Shown: piece by piece, positions 47,891 to 56,961 of the stretch
Layout of the letters: each line of letters opens with the position of its first letter
How positions within the stretch are numbered: position 1 is the stretch's first letter
DNA from: Desulfosoma sp.
GTDB taxonomy: Bacteria; Desulfobacterota; Syntrophobacteria; Syntrophobacterales; DSM-9756
Assembly: GCA_037481835.1 (NCBI GenBank)
Contig: JBBFKW010000014.1
Coordinates: 32,001 to 96,000, forward strand
DNA length: 64,000 nt
Reading direction: 5' to 3'
Made by a program: the position numbers and the translations under genes
The notes under the pieces: generated by a model
What the model saw: only the letters and a program-made list of their open reading frames with translations
The model's database searches: none
Told to the model about the DNA's origin: nothing

Positions 47891-49174
47891 TCAATAAAGG
47901 CCCCATACCCTGGGAAGCCACAGGCTCAATGCCGGGAACACGGCCACCAGCACCAGGGCCAGGAGCATGGCGGCGATAAAAGGAAGGGTGGCCAAAGACG
48001 CCTTTTCCAAAGAAATGCCTGCCAGGTTGGTCGTCACATAAAGGTTGACGGCCACAGGCGGCGTGAACTGTCCGATGGCCAGATTGAGCGTCATGACGAC
48101 GCCGAACCACAGGGGGTCCCAGCCGAAGTGGGCCATCACGGGAAGAAGGATGGGCAGGAAGACGTAATAGATGGAAATGGCGTCCAGGAGCATGCCTGCA
48201 ACGAAGATGAGGACGTTGACGAGGATCAGGACGACGGCCGGGTTCTGGGAAAGGGTGAGCAGCGCCCCGGCGATCTTTTCCATGACCCCGAGGGTCGATC
48301 CCGCCCAGCTGTAGAGGCCGGCCAGGGCCACGATGAGAAGGACCACGGCCGAAGACAAGGCGGCGTCCACCAGGATGTGGTAGAAGGCTTTGAGGGTCAG
48401 GCTCCTGTAGACGACGAACCCCAAGAACAGGCCGTAGAAGACGGCGATGATGGCGGCTTCCGTCGCCGTGAAGATGCCGCCGTAAATCCCGCCCAGGATG
48501 ACCAGCGGGGCGGCGAGCCCCCAAAAGGCCTCCTTCAAGGCTTTGACGATTTCCCCTAAAGTTCCGCGCCTTTCACCCATGTACCCGCGACGCTTGGAAA
48601 TCCAGTAGGCGGGAACGATGAGCGACAAACCGGCCAGGATGCCCGGAAAGACGCCCGCCGCAAACAGGGCCGGCACGGACGTGGTGGTGATCACCCCGTA
48701 GAGGATGAAAGCGATGCTGGGAGGGACGACAATGGCGGTGGACCCGCCGGCGGCGATCAAGGCGGCGCTGAAGTCCCTGTCGTAATTTTTCCGGGCCATG
48801 GCGGGAATGAGCACGGCCCCCATGGCCGCCGCATCGGCAGGCCCGGAGCCGCTCACCCCGCCGAAGAAGACGCAGACCAAGACCGCCACGATGGCCAGGC
48901 CGCCGGGAAGGGATCCCACGAGAAGGCTGGCCAGGTTCACGAGTCGCTGGGAAACGCCGCAGCGCTCCAGGATCATGCCCGCCAGGATGAAGAAGGGGAT
49001 GGCCAGAAGCGGATACTTGGCGATGCCGGCGTAGAAGTTGGACGACACCACGGGGATGCCCAAATGGAAGTGCCAGATCATGAAGACGGCCACACTTCCC
49101 AAAGCCACTGCAATGGGAATGCCCAAAAAGAGAAGGACCAAAAAGGCGAAAAAGAGCCAGAATGCCGGATCCAT
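47891..49174 (-). CDS. dctM: TRAP large permease
   Basis: LLAIPFFILAG, SGSGPADAAA, VPPSI, GQFTPPV. Confidence 0.93.
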   Translation of the reverse strand: MDPAFWLFFAFLVLLFLGIPIAVALGSVAVFMIWHFHLGIPVVSSNFYAGIAKYPLLAIPFFILAGMILERCGVSQRLVNLASLLVGSLPGGLAIVAVLVCVFFGGVSGSGPADAAAMGAVLIPAMARKNYDRDFSAALIAAGGSTAIVVPPSIAFILYGVITTTSVPALFAAGVFPGILAGLSLIVPAYWISKRRGYMGERRGTLGEIVKALKEAFWGLAAPLVILGGIYGGIFTATEAAIIAVFYGLFLGFVVYRSLTLKAFYHILVDAALSSAVVLLIVALAGLYSWAGSTLGVMEKIAGALLTLSQNPAVVLILVNVLIFVAGMLLDAISIYYVFLPILLPVMAHFGWDPLWFGVVMTLNLAIGQFTPPVAVNLYVTTNLAGISLEKASLATLPFIAAMLLALVLVAVFPALSLWLPRVWGLY

Positions 49175-49184
49175 GACAGCCCTT

Positions 49185-49664
49185 CTAGGTGTTATCCCGC
49201 CACAGCACCAGGGTCCGTTGCAGAGCTCTCACCACAATGAGCACGCTCCCCAAGGGGACCGCCAAGGTATAGACCCACTGAGGCACCTGGAGGGCTTCGG
49301 AAAGTGTGCCCAGGAGCCTTTCGTCGCGCATCTGCAGGAGGCCGTAGTAGGTGAGGGCCCCGAAGACGAGGAGGATGAGCGCCATGGAAAGGACGAGCAC
49401 GGCACGCCTGAGGGGGAGGGGAAACCGGACGAAAACAAAGTGAAGACCCAGGTGGAGGCCTCGGCGAAACGCCGCGGCCCCCCCGAAGACGGTCAGATAC
49501 ACGAGCGCGCTCACTTCCACTTCCTCCACGAAAGCGAAGGAATAGTTGGTGCCGTAGCGGATCGCCACGTTGACGAAGGCGACGACGGCCATGACCAAGA
49601 GAAGAAGCGCGCACGCCGCTTCTTCAAAATTATCGCGAAGCCACAAAAGGGCGTTGCGAACCAT
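49185..49664 (-). CDS. dctQ: TRAP small permease
   Basis: NFEE...F.NV..RY...F.EE...G.H pattern; four TM segments; between dctP and dctM. Confidence 0.9.
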   Translation of the reverse strand: MVRNALLWLRDNFEEAACALLLLVMAVVAFVNVAIRYGTNYSFAFVEEVEVSALVYLTVFGGAAAFRRGLHLGLHFVFVRFPLPLRRAVLVLSMALILLVFGALTYYGLLQMRDERLLGTLSEALQVPQWVYTLAVPLGSVLIVVRALQRTLVLWRDNT

Positions 49665-49690
49665 CCCTGCCCGCTTTCCCTGGGGCCGCT

Positions 49691-50710
49691 CTATCGGCCG
49701 AGGATCTTTTCGGCCTGAGCGACCAGGTCCGCCCCGATCTTTTCTTTCCACTGGTCGTAGACGGATCGGGTCTTTTCCCGGAAGGCGGCGCGCATTTGAG
49801 GTGTAAAGACCGTCACTTCCATGCCGTTTTGCCGAAGGGTCTGCAAGGCGGCCATGTCCCCTTCAAGACCTTGTCGTGCCTGCTGCACTTCCCAGGCGCA
49901 GGCGTCCAGGGCCGCCTGCTTCAAGACGGCCTGGTCTTCTGGAGAAAAGGTCTTCCACGTTTCCTGGCTGGCGCCCAGGATCAGCGGGTCGATGGCGTAA
50001 TGCCAAATGCTTATGTGCTTGTGGACCTGCCACAGCTGGTAGGGGATGATGACGGCGTTCACAGGGTTTTCCTGTCCGTCCACGGTGCCCTGCTGGAAGG
50101 CGGTTTGGGCTTCGCCCCAGTTCATGTTGATGGGATTGGCGTCCAAAGCCCGAAAGGTGTCGATAAAGATCGGAGAGCCCACCACGCGGATCTTCAATCC
50201 TTTGAGGTCATCCGGGGCGGCCACGGCGCGGGTGCGATTGGTGAGTTCTCGAAAGCCGTTTTCCCCCCAGGCCAGGGGCACCACGCCGAGGGCTTCGACC
50301 TGGCGGAAGAGTTCCTGTCCCGGAGCTCCGTTTTTCACGGCGTCCAATTGAGCGTAGTCTTCAAAGAAGAAGGGCAGGGCGAACAGATTGAGCGAAGGCA
50401 CCTGGGGCGACCAGTTGATGGTGGAGGCCAGGGCGAAATCGATGACCCCTTGGCGCATGAGCATGAATTCGTTGGTTTGTTTGCCGGCGAAAAGCTGTCC
50501 CGCAAAATAGCACTTGATATTGATGCGCCCCTGGGTCCTTTCGCGGACCAAGTCGGCGAATTTTTGCGCCCCTTCGCCCCACGGCCCTTTCGGCCCGACG
50601 ACGATGCTCATCTTGTATTCGTCCTTGTACGAGCCGGCCCACCCCGCGCACGGGGCCAGGGAGACGACGGCGAACGCCACCAGGAGCATCCAGACAGCTT
50701 TTCTTTTCAT
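49691..50710 (-). CDS. dctP: TRAP substrate-binding protein
   Basis: Sec signal; WGENGFRELTN, DLKGLKIRV, QQGTVDGQENP. Confidence 0.94.
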   Translation of the reverse strand: MKRKAVWMLLVAFAVVSLAPCAGWAGSYKDEYKMSIVVGPKGPWGEGAQKFADLVRERTQGRINIKCYFAGQLFAGKQTNEFMLMRQGVIDFALASTINWSPQVPSLNLFALPFFFEDYAQLDAVKNGAPGQELFRQVEALGVVPLAWGENGFRELTNRTRAVAAPDDLKGLKIRVVGSPIFIDTFRALDANPINMNWGEAQTAFQQGTVDGQENPVNAVIIPYQLWQVHKHISIWHYAIDPLILGASQETWKTFSPEDQAVLKQAALDACAWEVQQARQGLEGDMAALQTLRQNGMEVTVFTPQMRAAFREKTRSVYDQWKEKIGADLVAQAEKILGR

Positions 50711-50898
50711 GGTTCGGCCTCCTTCGATCGTTGATGGTTAGGGGGTTGTCCTCAACGAGCCCCGCCCGTCCCCGGCGCAGGCTCGATCCGAACCGCGTGC
50801 CGCATCCCTCGTTTTTCATCTGCGCCATAGGTGCCTCGACCGTCGAGGAATGTCAACACCATCCTTGGGTTGAAACAACGCCGATGCCGCGGGGCGAA

Positions 50899-51187
50899 AC
50901 AACGAAGGATGGAAGTCTTGGGGTTACGGTGTGTTGCTGAGACTTTTATTTAGACCCCCATCACGGCCAGCCCGTGACAAAGAAGGATGAGAGTCTTGGG
51001 GTTACGGTGTGCTACAGAGACTTTTATTTAAATCCCCATCACGGCCAGCCCGTGACAAGGAAGGATGAGAGTCTTGGGGTTACGGTGTGCTACAGAGACT
51101 TTTATTTAGACCCCCATCACGGGCAGCCCGTGACAAAGAAGGATGAGAGTCTTGGGGTTACGGTGTGCTACAGAGACTTTTATTTAA
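50899..51187. repeat. 78-bp tandem repeat array (about 3.7 copies) with a degenerate copy at 51381-51450
   Basis: GACTTTTATTT recurs at 50941, 51019, 51097 and 51175; the units are near-identical with no unique spacers. Confidence 0.95.
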
Positions 51188-51268
51188 AGATGCTGGGAGA
51201 AGCTCCCGGGGGTTCGAGTTTCATGCTTTGCTGTGACACCGCGACGTGGGAGTGTGTTCCGGATTTTT

Positions 51269-51299
51269 GTTGGGGTTCGCTGCGCTCACCCCAACCTAC
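51269..51299 (-). repeat. GTAG-type REP
   Basis: GTTGGGGTTCGCTGCGCTCACCCCAACCTAC, the exact reverse complement of 15526-15556. Confidence 0.85.
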
Positions 51300-51667
51300 A
51301 TTCTTTTTGGGGAAAGGGGGGCGTCCGGCGAGCCGGGGCGATGCCCCGGGCTCTATTCCTCTGCACGGCGGGGGGGGACTTAACCCCCATCACGCGCGAC
51401 GACACAACAAAGAATGAAAACCTGGTGGTTACGGTTTGTTACAGAGACTTACCTCGTGCCCCCCTTCCGCTTTTCTTGCCCTCGGGTTCCGGGATCGGTA
51501 TGTTGGCCGGGAAGACCGATGTGCCCTATGCCAGCAAGAGCGGCCGTGGGCGCGATCATCGCCGGTAAGCCCGCTTGCACAAGCGAAACTTGCGGTTCAC
51601 GGGCTCTTTCACGGATGGGCCGGTTAAGAGCTGAGCGCCACGAAGATCATGGAAGGGATGGAAAACG

Positions 51668-52108
51668 ATGCCGGAGCAAATGATCGCCCTTTTGAAAGCC
51701 AACGATATGTGCGTCCTCGCCACATGCCGGGACCAGAGACCCCACTGTTCGCTCATGGCCTACGTCACGGATGAAGAGGGACTCACCGTCTACATGGCCA
51801 CCCGCCGGGATACGACCAAATTCCGCAACGTGCAGGAAAACCCGCGGGTGAGCCTCCTCGTGGACACCCGCCTCCAAGGCGGCGCCGACCGGGCGCGCAT
51901 CCAGTCCCTGACCGTGGAAGGGCTTTACACGCCGCTCCATGACGCGGGCGAAGAATCCCGGGTGCGCGACGTTCTTCGGCGGCGCCATCCCCATATCCAC
52001 GGCCTCTTGGATCACCCCCTTTCGGTCCTCATGCCGGTGAAAGTCCTTTCCTTCCTTCTTCTCGACGGGCCCGAAAAGGCAAGCCACGTCAGGGTGGTGC
52101 CGGAATAG
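51668..52108 (+). CDS. Pyridoxamine 5'-phosphate oxidase-like (split-barrel FMN-binding) protein
   Basis: CVLAT...PHCSLMAY...T.K.RN..ENPRVSLLVD. Confidence 0.88.
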   Translation: MPEQMIALLKANDMCVLATCRDQRPHCSLMAYVTDEEGLTVYMATRRDTTKFRNVQENPRVSLLVDTRLQGGADRARIQSLTVEGLYTPLHDAGEESRVRDVLRRRHPHIHGLLDHPLSVLMPVKVLSFLLLDGPEKASHVRVVPE

Positions 52109-52230
52109 TCGGAGGAACCTCCCATTGTCCCCCCATGAGGCTCCCCTTGCCGCGCCGTGCGCTCATGCTTTCCTTTGAGCCGGGACAAACCCCCGACAGG
52201 TTTGTGTCCGCACAAGGAAAGGAGCTCAGC

Positions 52231-53304
52231 ATGGCAGGAAGAAACGCGATTCAGGAGAAGGTGCACCAATGGGTTTACGGCGAAGATGCGTTCCGGAGGC
52301 TCGATGAAAGCGACGATGCGGTCTTTTACAAGACGGACCGATTCGTCTCCCATCTGGACCGCACCGCTCTGGAAACCGTGGAACAGATCATCGGCGCCTT
52401 GGTCATCGAAGACCGCCCGGTGATCCTGGACCTCATGGCGGGCTGGGATTCCCACATCCCCGACGGGCTGAACGCCGCCGAAGTGGTGGGCCTGGGGCTC
52501 AATGAAAACGAGCTCAAGTCCAACAAAGCGCTCACCCGCTACGTCCTCCACGACCTCAACGCCGACCCGAAGCTTCCCTTTGCCGACAACAGCTTCGATG
52601 TGGTGTTGAACACGGTGTCCGTGGATTACATGACCCGGCCTTTCGAAGTCTTTGCGGAGGTGGGCCGCGTCTTGAAACCGGGCGGGATGCTTCTGGTGAT
52701 TTTTTCCAACCGCATGTTTCCTCAAAAAGCGGTGAAGATTTGGAAAGAAAGCAGCGAGGAAGAGCGGATCATTTTGGTGGAGGACTTTTTCCACAGCGTG
52801 CCGGATTTCGGCGAAGTCCACCTCATCGTCTCCAAGGGCAAGCCGCGCCCTGCCGACGATAAGTACGCCCACCTGGGAATCCCCAGCGATCCCGTCTACG
52901 CCATGTGGGCGGAAAAGAAAGGGGCGCCCAAGGGACGGCGCAAACGACCCGCGGTGGCGTTGAGCGCCGGGGAGCCGGCTTCGCCGCAGGAACTGGAGGA
53001 AAGGAAACGCCGGGTGGGCAAGACCTTGCAATGCCCGCACTGCGGCGAACGCATGAAAAAGTGGAAGATTCCCCAGACGCCGTTCACCGAATGGGACAAC
53101 GAGTTCATGTACATCTGTTTCAACGACGCCTGCCCGTATCTCCTAAGGGGCTGGAGCGTCATGGAATCCCAGGGGAACCGGGGCTTCTCCTACCGGATGA
53201 TGTACAATCCGGACCGCGATGTGCTCCTGCCGGTGCCCGTGCCGAACCTTCGGGCCCTCAAGGAAAGCATCGTCGAAGACGACGAGGAGCTTGCCCGACA
53301 ATAA
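52231..53304 (+). CDS. Class I SAM methyltransferase (type 11-like) fused to a C-terminal Zn-ribbon domain
   Basis: RRLDESDD..FY..RFVSHLD, ILDLMAGW.SH, SVDYM, FSNR.F..KAV..W; C-terminal CPHC...CFNDAC. Confidence 0.85.
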   Translation: MAGRNAIQEKVHQWVYGEDAFRRLDESDDAVFYKTDRFVSHLDRTALETVEQIIGALVIEDRPVILDLMAGWDSHIPDGLNAAEVVGLGLNENELKSNKALTRYVLHDLNADPKLPFADNSFDVVLNTVSVDYMTRPFEVFAEVGRVLKPGGMLLVIFSNRMFPQKAVKIWKESSEEERIILVEDFFHSVPDFGEVHLIVSKGKPRPADDKYAHLGIPSDPVYAMWAEKKGAPKGRRKRPAVALSAGEPASPQELEERKRRVGKTLQCPHCGERMKKWKIPQTPFTEWDNEFMYICFNDACPYLLRGWSVMESQGNRGFSYRMMYNPDRDVLLPVPVPNLRALKESIVEDDEELARQ

Positions 53305-53405
53305 AAAATGGCGATGTTTTTCCTGGGAGCGCGGGCCTCCGGCCCGCACGAGAAGCGGGCGAGACGCCCGCGCTCCCAGGAATATGCCATTCTCGGACAC
53401 GCTCC
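53286..53405. mobile_element. 120-bp MITE-like element (copy 2, inverted)
   Basis: 53321-53405 is a near-exact reverse complement of 26341-26425; ends GGAGCTTGCCCGACAA / TTCTCGGACACGCTCC, followed by TA. Confidence 0.7.
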
Positions 53406-53417
53406 TAGAGGCGGGTG

Positions 53418-53448
53418 TTTGGGGGTCGCTGCGCTCAGCCCACCCTAC
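53418..53448 (-). repeat. Degenerate GTAG-type REP
   Basis: TTTGGGGGTCGCTGCGCTCAGCCCACCCTAC. Confidence 0.6.
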
Positions 53449-53487
53449 GGGTTTTTGTTTCGGCCCGTATGATGGACTTTATCGCGT

Positions 53488-53523
53488 GTCATCCCTTCTG
53501 GATCCCCGCTTTCGCGGGGATGA
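53488..53523. repeat. Short palindromic repeat of the GTCATCCCCGCGAAAGCGGGGATCCAG type
   Basis: CTGGATCCCCGCTTTCGCGGGGATGA preceded by a truncated GTCATCCC arm. Confidence 0.6.
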
Positions 53524-53580
53524 GAGACGGTCGTTCACCGAGGCCCATTAACCCTGCTCGGATAAGCTCGCAGAGGGGCG

Positions 53581-54219
53581 TCACGGGGCGTCTTTTCGAG
53601 GCTGGAGGCATTCGCGGTAAAGCTTCCACGCCGTTCGCGCGTGGGCGGAAAAGTCGAAACGCCCGCCGCTCACATGCCATAAGATGGCCGCCGGCTGCAC
53701 GATCCCGAGAAACATGACGGCGGCCGCTTCCGGCGAAACATCCGAACGCATCTCTCCTTCCTGTTGCCCCTCGGCGATGATCACCGCAACGCGCATCACA
53801 TGGGCGTGGATGATTTCCCCGAGCCGACCGCGCCGGTGTTCGGCATCCCCGATGATCTCCTCGGAAAAAAGAATCCGTGGCAACGCCTGGTTGGATGTGA
53901 TGAAAAGGACGTGCTGGGCGAGCAGGGCGTCCAGGCGCGAGAAAGCCGAAAAATGCTCCCGCCGCACCCTTTCCACATGCTCGGCCAAACGTTCTCCCAC
54001 CAGTTCCAAAACGGCGTCCAGGATGGCGTCCTTGTTGGGGTAATGCCGGTACAGGGCCGATGGGACCACACCCAAGTGCTCGGCAAGCCGAAGGACACTC
54101 AGCCGCTTGAGCCCCTCCTCATTGATCAGCCTAAGGGCCGTTTCGGCGATTTCCGCCTTGCGCCGCCCCGGAGCCGGCGAGCGCTCGCGGGGGCGTTTTT
54201 TCTGAGAATCCTTTTTCAC
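53581..54219 (-). CDS. TetR/AcrR-family regulator
   Basis: EIAETALRLI..G...LS...LAEHLGV.PSALYRHYPNKDAIL; divergent from cooS. GTG start inferred. Confidence 0.9.
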   Translation of the reverse strand: MKKDSQKKRPRERSPAPGRRKAEIAETALRLINEEGLKRLSVLRLAEHLGVVPSALYRHYPNKDAILDAVLELVGERLAEHVERVRREHFSAFSRLDALLAQHVLFITSNQALPRILFSEEIIGDAEHRRGRLGEIIHAHVMRVAVIIAEGQQEGEMRSDVSPEAAAVMFLGIVQPAAILWHVSGGRFDFSAHARTAWKLYRECLQPRKDAP

Positions 54220-54403
54220 TTTCCCATTCCCATGGTCGAAACCTCCATGCCCCTCTCGCTGACGCTTTTTTGAACGATGCCCTGCATAGGCCCCTTGACC
54301 TTTGCGTCCCGGCAGGCTTGAATGTATGAAAGAGTGTTCACATCTTCGGGGCTCTCTGGATAGGGCGCAAGGACAGTCACTTTCATAGCATGGAGGACGC
54401 CGC

Positions 54404-56308
54404 ATGGAAAAGGAACGATTGTCGTACCACGCGTCGGTGCAGACCATGGTGGAGCGCATCCGCCGGGACGGCATGACCAACATTTGGGACCGGTACGCGG
54501 CCCAGGGATTGGGCAACGATCCGGACAAGCGCTGCCCCTTCTGCATGGGCGGCGTGCGCTGTGATTTGTGTTCCAACGGGCCGTGCCGGGCCGATGCGGA
54601 AAAGGACAAGCGAGGGGTGTGCGGCATCAAGGCCGACGGCATGGCCATGCGCATGATGGTGCTGCGAAACGTCATGGGCACGTCCACGTATCACTACCAC
54701 ACGGAACAGACCGTGCGGACGCTTCGGGCCACGGCCAAGGGGCAGACCCCCTTCGCCATCGCCGAACCCGACAAGTTGAAGACCTTCGCCCAGCGGCTTG
54801 GTGTGGAAACGGCGGGTTCTTTGGAAGAGACGGCCCTTCGCCTGTGCGATTTCGTTCAGAAGGATTTCAACAAGCCGGCCCACGAACCCAGTGAGATTGT
54901 CGCGCGCCTCGCTCCGGCGGACCGTCAGGAACTCTGGAGGAAGCTGGACATCTTTCCCGGCGGGATCTACGGCGAAATGCTCCGTGCCACCAGCTCGTGC
55001 CTCACCAACGTGGACGGCTACTATGTGAGCCTCGCCCTGAAGGCCATGCGCATGGCCGTCGCCATGGCCTATCAGAGCCAGATCGTCAACGAGTACTGCC
55101 AGGACGTCCTCTTCGGTATTCCCAGGCCGCACCGCATGCGCGTCGATCTCGGCGTCTTGGACCCCGACTACGTGAACGTCGTTCCCAACGGGCACGAGCC
55201 GTTCCTCGGCTTCGCCATGGTGCAGCTCGCCCGCACACCGGAATGGCAACAGAAGGCCAAGGCGGCGGGAGCCAAGGGCCTTCGGGTCATCGCCTCCATC
55301 GAAACGGGGCAGGAAATGATCCAGCGCTGGACCATGGACGACGCCTTTTACGGCTTTACGGGAAACTGGATCATGCAGGAAGCCGTGCTTGCCAGCGGCT
55401 GCGTGGATCTTTTCGCGTGCGACATGAACTGCTCCATGCCCATCGATCCGCTCTACGCGGAAAAGTATCACTTCAAGCTCATTCCGGTGAGCGATCTCGT
55501 GGCCTTCGAAGGGGTGACGGATCGCCTGGATTATGTGCCGGAAGAGGCGGCCCAGCAGGCCGCGGCCCTTTTGGAGATGGCCGTGGAGAACTTCCCCAAG
55601 CGGCGAAAAGCCGTGGAACCCGTCACGGGGCTCCGCTTGGGCGAAGCGGTGGTGGGCTTTTCCACGGAAAGCATCGTGGATGCCCTGGGAGGATCCCTCG
55701 AGCCGCTTCTCAAGGCCATCAAGGACGGGGCCGTCCGCGGGGTGGCGGGCTTCGTATCCTGCACGACCTTGAGGGATACGGGACAGGACGTGCACAGCGT
55801 GCGCATGGCCAAGGAACTCATCAAGCGTGACATCTTGGTCCTCGGCATGGGCTGCGGCAATGCGGCCCTGCAGGTGGCCGGCCTGTGTCTTCCCGAAGCC
55901 AAGGAACTGGCGGGACCGGGCCTTAAAGCCGTCTGTGAAGCCCTGGGGGTGCCGCCGGTTTTGAGTTACGGCACATGCACGGATACGGGACGATGCGCCG
56001 ATTTGGTCGCAGCCGTATCGGCGGCCCTCGGCGGAGTGCCCATCCCCGATCTTCCGGTGGTGGCTTGCGCCCCGGAATACATGGAACAGAAGGCCACCAT
56101 CGACGCCATCTTCGCGTTGGCCTTCGGCCTCTACACCTATGTGAACCCGGTGCCCAACGTGACGGGAGCGCCCAATCTGGTGCGGCTGCTGACCCAAGAG
56201 CTGACGGGGGTCACGGGCGGGCTTCTCAATGTGAATCCCAACGCCGAGGAAGCCGCGGACGCCCTTCTGGCGCATATCGAAAAGAACCGGAAAAAGCTCG
56301 GCATCTAA
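54404..56308 (+). CDS. cooS: Ni-CO dehydrogenase-family protein (CooS), atypical C-cluster ligand set
   Basis: CPFC..G.RCDLCSNGPC..GVCG, NGHEP, DMNC, FVSCT, MGCG, GTCTD and EYMEQKA; ASIETGQE replaces the usual GICCTGNE. Confidence 0.92.
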   Translation: MEKERLSYHASVQTMVERIRRDGMTNIWDRYAAQGLGNDPDKRCPFCMGGVRCDLCSNGPCRADAEKDKRGVCGIKADGMAMRMMVLRNVMGTSTYHYHTEQTVRTLRATAKGQTPFAIAEPDKLKTFAQRLGVETAGSLEETALRLCDFVQKDFNKPAHEPSEIVARLAPADRQELWRKLDIFPGGIYGEMLRATSSCLTNVDGYYVSLALKAMRMAVAMAYQSQIVNEYCQDVLFGIPRPHRMRVDLGVLDPDYVNVVPNGHEPFLGFAMVQLARTPEWQQKAKAAGAKGLRVIASIETGQEMIQRWTMDDAFYGFTGNWIMQEAVLASGCVDLFACDMNCSMPIDPLYAEKYHFKLIPVSDLVAFEGVTDRLDYVPEEAAQQAAALLEMAVENFPKRRKAVEPVTGLRLGEAVVGFSTESIVDALGGSLEPLLKAIKDGAVRGVAGFVSCTTLRDTGQDVHSVRMAKELIKRDILVLGMGCGNAALQVAGLCLPEAKELAGPGLKAVCEALGVPPVLSYGTCTDTGRCADLVAAVSAALGGVPIPDLPVVACAPEYMEQKATIDAIFALAFGLYTYVNPVPNVTGAPNLVRLLTQELTGVTGGLLNVNPNAEEAADALLAHIEKNRKKLGI

Positions 56309-56961
56309 GAAGACAAGGGGCGCCGGTTTTCCGGCGCCGCCACGTACAATCCCACGGTCCCGCGGAAGAAGAGGGAGCTCGAAACAAAGCCGAAGTTCTG
56401 CTCCGCAAGAAGGGCTTCCGTGGCACCGCGCTGCAGGTAATCCCGAAAGGCTCGGAAATGGGCGGCTCCCGCCATGCGTTCGATGGCGGCCACCGCGCCC
56501 ATGAAGGCCGCGCCTTTCCCGTGGGCGGGGCAGGCGTAGTCCAAGACGAAGAGAAGCCCGTCGGGAGTGAGCACCCGGCGGGCTTCCCCACACAGGGCCT
56601 GGCGCTCGGCATGGGTTTTTTCATGAAGGGCAAAGGAGAAAACCACGGCGTCGAAACTGCCGGCACGGCAGGGCAGACACCGCCCGTCGGCTCGGGCGAA
56701 AAAAAGACCCGGGCCGGCTTTGCGCACGGCCCGGCTGAGCATGCCCGGTGAAGCGTCCACCCCGAAGGCGGGGATGCCCGCGCGCCGAAGGCTCAGGACT
56801 TGGGTCCCCGTGCCGCAGCACACATCCAGAACCCGCCGGCGCCGCCATGCCGAAACGGTCCGAGTGAGGGTTTCTCGGGCCGGTTTCAAGAAAAACTCCA
56901 GGACATCATAGTACGGCGAAATCCGGGCGTAGGCGTCGCGGCCTCCGTCAGGCCTTTTCAT
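56305..56961 (-). CDS. Class I SAM-dependent methyltransferase
   Basis: VLDVCCGTG, GVDASPGML, SFDAV..SFALHE, RRVL.PDG. Confidence 0.88.
   Translation of the reverse strand: MKRPDGGRDAYARISPYYDVLEFFLKPARETLTRTVSAWRRRRVLDVCCGTGTQVLSLRRAGIPAFGVDASPGMLSRAVRKAGPGLFFARADGRCLPCRAGSFDAVVFSFALHEKTHAERQALCGEARRVLTPDGLLFVLDYACPAHGKGAAFMGAVAAIERMAGAAHFRAFRDYLQRGATEALLAEQNFGFVSSSLFFRGTVGLYVAAPENRRPLSS

Noticed and set aside
50899..51187. CRISPR array or repeat protein (ORF 50974-51417; 78 bp = 26 codons)
   Set aside because: No unique spacers. The ORF has no clear RBS, copy 1 has a stop in that frame, and it reads through a REP, so it is most likely a by-product of the repeat.
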